Assembly (NCBI GenBank): GCA_963674695.2
Contig: CAXXGI010000001.1
Coordinates: forward strand, 192,001-256,000
DNA from: a bacterium
Lineage (GTDB): Bacteria > UBA10199 > 2-02-FULL-44-16 > JAAZCA01
Direction: 5' to 3'
DNA length: 64,000 nucleotides
Shown: piece after piece, positions 60,801 through 64,000 of the stretch
Layout: each line of letters begins with the position of its first letter
How positions within the stretch are numbered: position 1 is the stretch's first letter
The notes under the pieces: model-generated
Told to the model about the DNA's origin: nothing
Database searches by the model: none
The model's input: only the letters and a program-made list of their open reading frames with translations
Program-made: the position numbers and the translations under genes

Positions 60801-61511
60801 GCCGATATCGACGCCTTCTTCAATGGGCTCCTCCAACGGGGAGAGCGCTCCGACCCGATCGGGCGAGAATACGCCATCGAGAGTGCCGTCAACAATTTTC
60901 AGGGCCAGATGAAAGGGACCTTTTTTTCATTCGAACCACCGTGGCTCAAGGGCACGCGCAAGAACAATTTTCTGGAGACCCTCCATCCGGCGGGAAGAAA
61001 GATCCTCTTTCTCGAAGCCATGTTCTGTATGCGCCCGGGGGACATGAACAAGTGGGGATATACCCTCGTATCCGAATTTCTGGAACGATTGACCAAGGAA
61101 CGGATCAAAGAGACCGATATCGACGGCATCGTGCGCATGCTCTACACGGTCTTTTGCGAACAGCGCCGATACGAGCTCCAGGAGATCATCGCAAACCCCG
61201 CGCGCCTCGAAGAGATCCTGGATGATGTCCAATCACGGCCGCTCAAAAATCGAAAGGGCGGCGGATCGAACACGCCGCCGACGAGCAGCGCGCCGCCCAC
61301 GAGCGGCACGCCGCCGACGACACCATCGGGCCCGGGCGGATCGCAGGCCAGCGCTCTGACCACCGACACCGCGCTCGCTTCGGGCCTGGATCTTATCATT
61401 GCGGATACGAACGCCCTCATGCCGGTGGAAACCGAGATGATGGATATGAGCGCCGACACCTATCTCTACCCCATGCTCACCGCACCGATGACAGCGGCGA
61501 TGATACTCTAG
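51882..61511 (+). CDS. Giant orphan protein E, 3209 aa, helical with a central coiled coil (shared C-terminal tail)
   Basis: 9.6-kb ORF with RBS ggag and an A/E/L-rich heptad region near 56.3-57.25 kb. Confidence 0.88.
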   Translation: MSINSISIQIAQTLAQSVTTAIDEGDGSSVSDRADQFLPDAATRESTFAFTPKQLGDVIDAMTETFLRNTRASSLARYDIATTFRNAFHILTNEQFPKMRERIAKGETPSPKQIAQLITASLKKGYAEAHRTTQKSAALHIAPYAEILAPFVERYAARLDLVGSKDPASTPKRTQKKSPSQAAQTISPTAAAKIIVRARTRIDAMQAWILTLDGDAQQRAEENLNRATSLITETGLTSLGADEIEIADALERLGAVQILAATEAVLEIEEAFIAVRALVHKAAIDDSTLQTDRFLDRAIVAQGRARTLRDDLNDWIAARPECAEHDAALRTALDHYLRFWLNAHREDTSQRLTLIPEMREDAVALTLSAAGDERHAFNAIFRQLLAHLVISAQQRSLQSIADGIERKPETKQEGTSHPQQESDVRTRLAHRRKQLQGERGSDILTASQTASTRKTTPTSATTPPSRRRPFIPGGTQGLGSLIDEYERLIGPIDPDQFERETGSDLKRVRQYGEIRRDRLASAARWNILRRLMQGTPWETLVADAEENETLDRLILRYPPANASTAWPQQVWQARQQDRLVELARSYTPSAFLLGMNLRAMLERNPPKDADEKKWKKTVTEYAEAGLVTDFELSEYDRPPYLAKQDWELVIAHHIANDDLERISTEPRHANANAELLAIFDALWTRARRHGFELDPIDLLAGASPIIRSMRDRATANGTIDVFVPRFMAELKYENFGTPTLARLLGGLDQIPEATRLNQERGGVIRMSWMTLDRINTPLAVADISGLDDQERRHKEFDGGFMRWVDLALNITPQIQDASGRAQGRAALPAASRYRFQLTPNPAEYVVDESEGAAHDISSVLTNAGRGYYGRLLHRVDDYLNAIISLPFEVTITSIPQQGREETQTIPVETLREEVSALMSEEEENRVLLQVGSMDAELQSDLESFYAALGRRLREMLYHMPARGTAVIGDHAIPFQAVSALVRTRIAAQAGNRTTLIVDNTTAASLSNDRRNALATIRLLIPLAHREGRLAPGAESSMALLHDGIAPLWTDDIHRLDQAVQDYQRYANARPLDDAGTDLAQILRTGGAGAHVRVLPIGPMLPGGSAAWREQFPSFARKRDADHSMIDAGIEAMTEYFATSKGFTGHFWKRDLDRITSKWADYADVDAQTLRAHIVAFLPTIGVANGKPKDWIVSIDPSAPEGIARTDLANRALHIYLELFAQTPHMTTKVPIEETLLTDVINRTFAEYGAELAHRPKQRLVLRETRLLLERHNAQSSTPTMRAQVTLPRTGLGQKTDAEAMERWQRLTTHARFGIAAFARQHFHAPYATDAAIEELALRFANERLFSAGAIATETIALELVGENFLPFEAIAHRMALGMAQILDAYLTHVTEHTDAIHARAIEAIEATANDDAFFAANEAEFRETLVARHDLPAFTTLIETEANGRLAHALAGSEAPEISIETYTQERYAETVAPRYEHARAARETSATEMEQHLAAIGELHAQVMALSARYMTAIDASDMNRNIIERWSKTLEAGATALATAREKKPALMSWLDAIQAIALDLADAPHPTLERPGVMDRAVAAETSAEEIATTLDATDARVKENRQALDDRLKDIEAREEAQAIAQTAHTLTGALTTQKDMLQQAVQQATADIDAIQTDDIDAIERIIASLKKELSDEKIGHDRFDDGRSAQVVIGNTSEKLHGRLREIEAHLEKACKGEKGNLTSTLKQARTILQRIDGEDPALAAQIAAIEETLGKTETLIARITALHVQIDAFSETVAQTITAAEPKLTVADAIDLSPFRTSPRAAASPSDLVLNDEAIAGNPHFKAKQRLAPILDGGVFSYAGKAHLLSADTIKRITIWMTNGRTETLTFTDLFDTNIKLAAGTYGLRLDARSDLIEHNPDHAYARIIATLTLVIEEKGGASEILWRLASQSLGQTTNTKAQALMRNLMATLAEQKTPANAASARAALNDWAVRYRENLSQALDTATISKIFRTPETKSKAPTETPLGIESVYSSNLHAAMARHFQAQIEMPHLETVLIRSANAFTGLLIDPKTMQRRPGHSNPLQMNETTRVYDSGRGKWIRFREIMSTVGTIDLKRNVFLVDNPLTSPRNTRVMRLYTRIFSNPEFMDLGWLILQALTNNMPAPLTLSIMGLLEPITQASEEMPPPKELHDVQRTAVELYRIWTEPVEAMPEVERFDVENASATIDVFLDKVSINSELVSHKLTTEIPRNPKLRREIAMLLMLSAVTSDDYVDARTIDQEKSKQIYEFIMERFATIARAMLFGNASKRDHTFNAVLKDGKTEALYRELRPLILADRTRNIIRFKEAKQVDNAMMQRRVLFAEPSPAMIARFPELGRVPIDAILKALDLDIETGFGEFGYVLPELAPLLTILAIAEPCLPQSLRQETEKLFEQITNEAIDLSQNRKRDRSAILDGIAEQTIELYAAHREAIHDALRETDPRTGRTFAYGLFGTDAFAREEEPTWEEMRAYPLVRLLMPESAQVAPSSQKMMHSDMLQGKLTLPGVPSPTADAIRDYALAFREHVDPGFVFILLGLENAEQLPRPLADYFTQREWSRPAVPERGAPDYLARKTDTMAEIFITFQRTTFEIADILREPGVLAEMRESLSENNGHPSIALVGTGMEEPWLPLLVRPKQVVDRRLVEIIPELGAFQTLPDGYDRQDPITEAEPLLLLFDIARTHFSKRMEHDFKAIAKWIRQHLDDAAELNTPRALKRNESFMAHLIPFVQRHRDEIRGMLYTPLNSFPRATFKPYLDEGSFSLDDHLLELITGDHFPLDPQLRNALPMRADDLTEHDINTARAILGSHAWLGDAIGDDNRIALRGQIAWRLENAIASAESKPLGATLITQLADIPDEFYPAMMLPWSQALPEVHHDMFAHTLQSSGALDAEHGIVDPDRLLYEHAWILVDDHAHFFPLVNRARFDERATPLPRLIPTQEHLSLPDPADATVADIDAFFNGLLQRGERSDPIGREYAIESAVNNFQGQMKGTFFSFEPPWLKGTRKNNFLETLHPAGRKILFLEAMFCMRPGDMNKWGYTLVSEFLERLTKERIKETDIDGIVRMLYTVFCEQRRYELQEIIANPARLEEILDDVQSRPLKNRKGGGSNTPPTSSAPPTSGTPPTTPSGPGGSQASALTTDTALASGLDLIIADTNALMPVETEMMDMSADTYLYPMLTAPMTAAMIL

Positions 61512-61603
61512 TCCTCATTGAAGGTGTCATTCCCGCGAACGCGGGAATCTCGCTTATCAACGCTCAATCGAGATCCCCGTTTTCACGGGGATGACAAAAA
61601 CCA
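61511..61603. repeat. REP doublet / truncated MITE family 1 remnant
   Basis: gtcctcatt-gaaggtgtcattcccgc...ctcgcttat....tcaatcgag...gatgacaaaaaccaa matches the MITE-1 interior. Confidence 0.75.
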
Positions 61604-61660
61604 AACTCCACCTGTATTTAACCCTGCGCTTTCCAAACTCACGTCAGTTCTAATCAGCAC

Positions 61661-61687
61661 GCAACATTCCTGGTATTTCCGCGATAC
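61661..61687 (+). promoter_or_regulatory. Sigma28-like promoter motif
   Basis: GCAAC-N14-CGCGATAC, preceded by agttctaatcagcac. Confidence 0.6.
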
Positions 61688-61723
61688 ATACGCTACGCGC
61701 TCGTGCGCGAAAGAGGGAGAACT

Positions 61724-64000
61724 ATGTCTGTGGATGGCATCAACAATCAGGGCAAACCGCCCGCACAGGGGGACCTCCCCCGGGGCGATGACGCTCGCCC
61801 GGAAACGGAGGCGCGGCATGAAGCACCGGCGCGTGCGGTGGATGCGTTTGTGCTCGCTGCACCGGCGACGGCGGCATACACGGTTTCGCGCAACGGCGAT
61901 GATGATGGTGGTGATGATGATCGAGCGTTGACCAAGGCACAGATCGAGGCGGCGCTCACGGCGATGATCCCCCGCATCTTTCGCAACACCCCGACCAGCC
62001 TCGAGACACACGACGCGGGCATCATCCTCAACGACGTCATCAAGACCTTTCAGGATAAGATCCAGCCCAAGCGCAAACGCACGCTCGAAGGGGAAGTCGT
62101 CGACACCGAGGCGATGAAAAAGACCCTGCGCCCTATCGTCGTGCGCGCCTACGCCGAACGATATGAAATCGGGCAGAAGAAGGTGAGCGATTTCCAGATC
62201 GATGGCTATCTGCGCGAACTCACCGCATTCATCACGACAAACGCACGCCGATTGCATCTCATGGGAACGAAGGCGATCGCTCGAAAACAGACATCCCCCC
62301 CTCCTTCCGAACAAGTCCCCACGCCGGCGGCCACCGCTGCACTCGTGGTGGAAGCGATCGCGCGGCTGGCCGAGATCGAACGCAGCGCGGCCATGTTTTC
62401 CGAACGGGATCGGAAATTCATCGAAACGGCGTGGATGACGGCGACCGAGGCCTACGAGGAAGCGCTTGCACCGTTGGGTCTCCAGATGGAAGAGATCATC
62501 CGCGCACTCGCACCGGAAGCGGCACGCACGCGGGCGGTGGAGGCGGCACGCATCATCGCCGACGAGGGGCAGAGGGTGCGCACGCGTCTGCTCATCCATC
62601 AATCCGATCTCGACGATCCCGCCATCGACGCCTTCCTCGACCGACCCGCTGCGATCCGGGGAAGCAGGGCGAGCATGCGCGACGAACTCGAGACCTGGAG
62701 CGAAAAACAGAAATGGATGGACGTCGAGGGGCAGGAACTCATGCTCGCCGTGCGCGCCTACATCTCCCTCTGGAGGCAAACGCCCGAGGGACAATCCGGC
62801 AGCCCGCTCGCGCTGCGATCCGAATTGCGTCGCGACGCCTCGCAGCTCGCAGCTCACCTCGAGGGAAACAGCACGCGCGCCAACATCCTGAGCGGTGCCC
62901 TGCGACGCGCGATCGTCCACCTGATCCGCTGTGCCGCAGGCCGATCGCCCCGCCGTGAATCGACGGGTGCCGTCGCGATGAGCACCGAAGACGACAACAC
63001 CGTCGCCATCTCATCCGAGCCGCGCCGTCTTCTCAGCGCGCAGCTGCGCGAGGAACAGCGCAGCTTCACCTCCCGCGTTCGCGCCGGCGCGTTCGGTCTC
63101 GATGATCTTCCGGAGGAGATCCGAAGACAGCTCGCCACGCGATTTATCGGATTTCTGAACCACTATGCGATCGCGGCACGCGAGATGCTCGGCGATGCCT
63201 TCGACCCGGAGACCCTCTTCGAATCCCCGCTCGACACCCGTGCCATCGCCGCGATCTTTCGCACCGTCCCCGGAGCGCGGGAGCGCTATCCACAACAGAT
63301 CATCGAGCTGCTGCGCGCCTTCGCCCACGATGTGAGCGGGCAGGAGCAGCCGCCGATGGAATCGCTCCTGCCCAGCGGCGCGGCCACAGCGAACCGTCAG
63401 GCCCGTGTCATGCGCATCATTCCTTATGATGGCGAAGGCGGCATGAACGGCCTCATCCGCGAGATCGAAAAGGCGATCGGTCCGATCGACGCCGCGCGCT
63501 TTCGACAGCAGACCGGAGTCGCGCTGACCACCATCCGCGGCTACGGCGAGGTGCGAAAGATGCGCCGCGTCTCCGATGCCGTCTGGAAGGAGATCGTCGA
63601 CCTCGTGGCATCGGGCAACCCGTGGCACCGACTGATCGTGCGCGCCGAAGAAAACGGAACGCTCGAGGCATTGCTCATGCGTTTTCCGAAGCGCGGCGAT
63701 GTCGATGCCTGGCGCGAAGACATCAACGCCGCCGCCGAATCCGGGCTACTTTCAGAGCTCGCGCATTCCTACACCCCAAAGGACTTTCGTCCGACCGAGG
63801 GCATGACGCTGCACGGCCTCATGGTGCGCAACGCCGAGGATCCGGACGATCCCGAATGGCGCGAAACACTCACCGTCTTCGAGGCGGATGGAGAGCTGGC
63901 CCTCCTGGCGCGCGATGAAGCCCCCAAACAGCTCTCGCCCCAGGACTGGGAACTCTTCATCGGACACACCATCGCCGACGGCCGTCCCGAGCAGGCCACC
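61724..64000 (+). CDS. Orphan protein F, paralog of E, runs off the window (not in the ORF track)
   Basis: RBS gaggga and ATG at 61724 (MSVDGINNQG...). The frame appears open to the window end and aligns with the N-terminal ~670 aa of protein E. Confidence 0.85.
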   Translation, partial: MSVDGINNQGKPPAQGDLPRGDDARPETEARHEAPARAVDAFVLAAPATAAYTVSRNGDDDGGDDDRALTKAQIEAALTAMIPRIFRNTPTSLETHDAGIILNDVIKTFQDKIQPKRKRTLEGEVVDTEAMKKTLRPIVVRAYAERYEIGQKKVSDFQIDGYLRELTAFITTNARRLHLMGTKAIARKQTSPPPSEQVPTPAATAALVVEAIARLAEIERSAAMFSERDRKFIETAWMTATEAYEEALAPLGLQMEEIIRALAPEAARTRAVEAARIIADEGQRVRTRLLIHQSDLDDPAIDAFLDRPAAIRGSRASMRDELETWSEKQKWMDVEGQELMLAVRAYISLWRQTPEGQSGSPLALRSELRRDASQLAAHLEGNSTRANILSGALRRAIVHLIRCAAGRSPRRESTGAVAMSTEDDNTVAISSEPRRLLSAQLREEQRSFTSRVRAGAFGLDDLPEEIRRQLATRFIGFLNHYAIAAREMLGDAFDPETLFESPLDTRAIAAIFRTVPGARERYPQQIIELLRAFAHDVSGQEQPPMESLLPSGAATANRQARVMRIIPYDGEGGMNGLIREIEKAIGPIDAARFRQQTGVALTTIRGYGEVRKMRRVSDAVWKEIVDLVASGNPWHRLIVRAEENGTLEALLMRFPKRGDVDAWREDINAAAESGLLSELAHSYTPKDFRPTEGMTLHGLMVRNAEDPDDPEWRETLTVFEADGELALLARDEAPKQLSPQDWELFIGHTIADGRPEQAT

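Noticed and set aside
51882-61511. NRPS/PKS, RTX/RHS toxin or tape-measure protein
   Set aside because: No A/C/KS motifs, GGxGxD or YD repeats, or phage context were seen.

Overview
GC-rich bacterial chromosomal window, with gene content typical of delta-proteobacterial or Bdellovibrionota-like lineages (inference). The housekeeping backbone includes a HI0933-family flavoprotein, tRNA-Gly(CCC), an M2/M3 peptidase, an AgcS symporter, ndk, a stand-alone gyrA, HU, a TatD-radical SAM fusion, suhB, comF, rplU-rpmA-obgE-rsfS, RNase G/E and a B12 radical SAM protein. It is interspersed with surface lipoproteins, a MqsA/DUF4258-type toxin-antitoxin pair, a decayed nucleotidyltransferase module, many REP-like palindromes, two MITE families and 7-nt microsatellites. 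The main candidate novel system is a >21-kb tandem cluster of six large orphan genes (42.8-64 kb) next to a CPAF-like protease. None has a signal peptide. The five complete genes share a C-terminal tail architecture, three share a short sequence motif, and the last two are clear paralogs. A conserved sigma28-like promoter motif, (C)GCAAC-N14/15-(G/T/A/C)(C/G)CGA(T/A/G)A, precedes four of them and five other accessory genes, including a membrane-anchored degenerate Clp AAA+ protein. The second notable feature is a structured 77-bp tandem array bracketed by tRNA-Gly and a duplicate of its 3' end. All calls were made by eye, without database searches.
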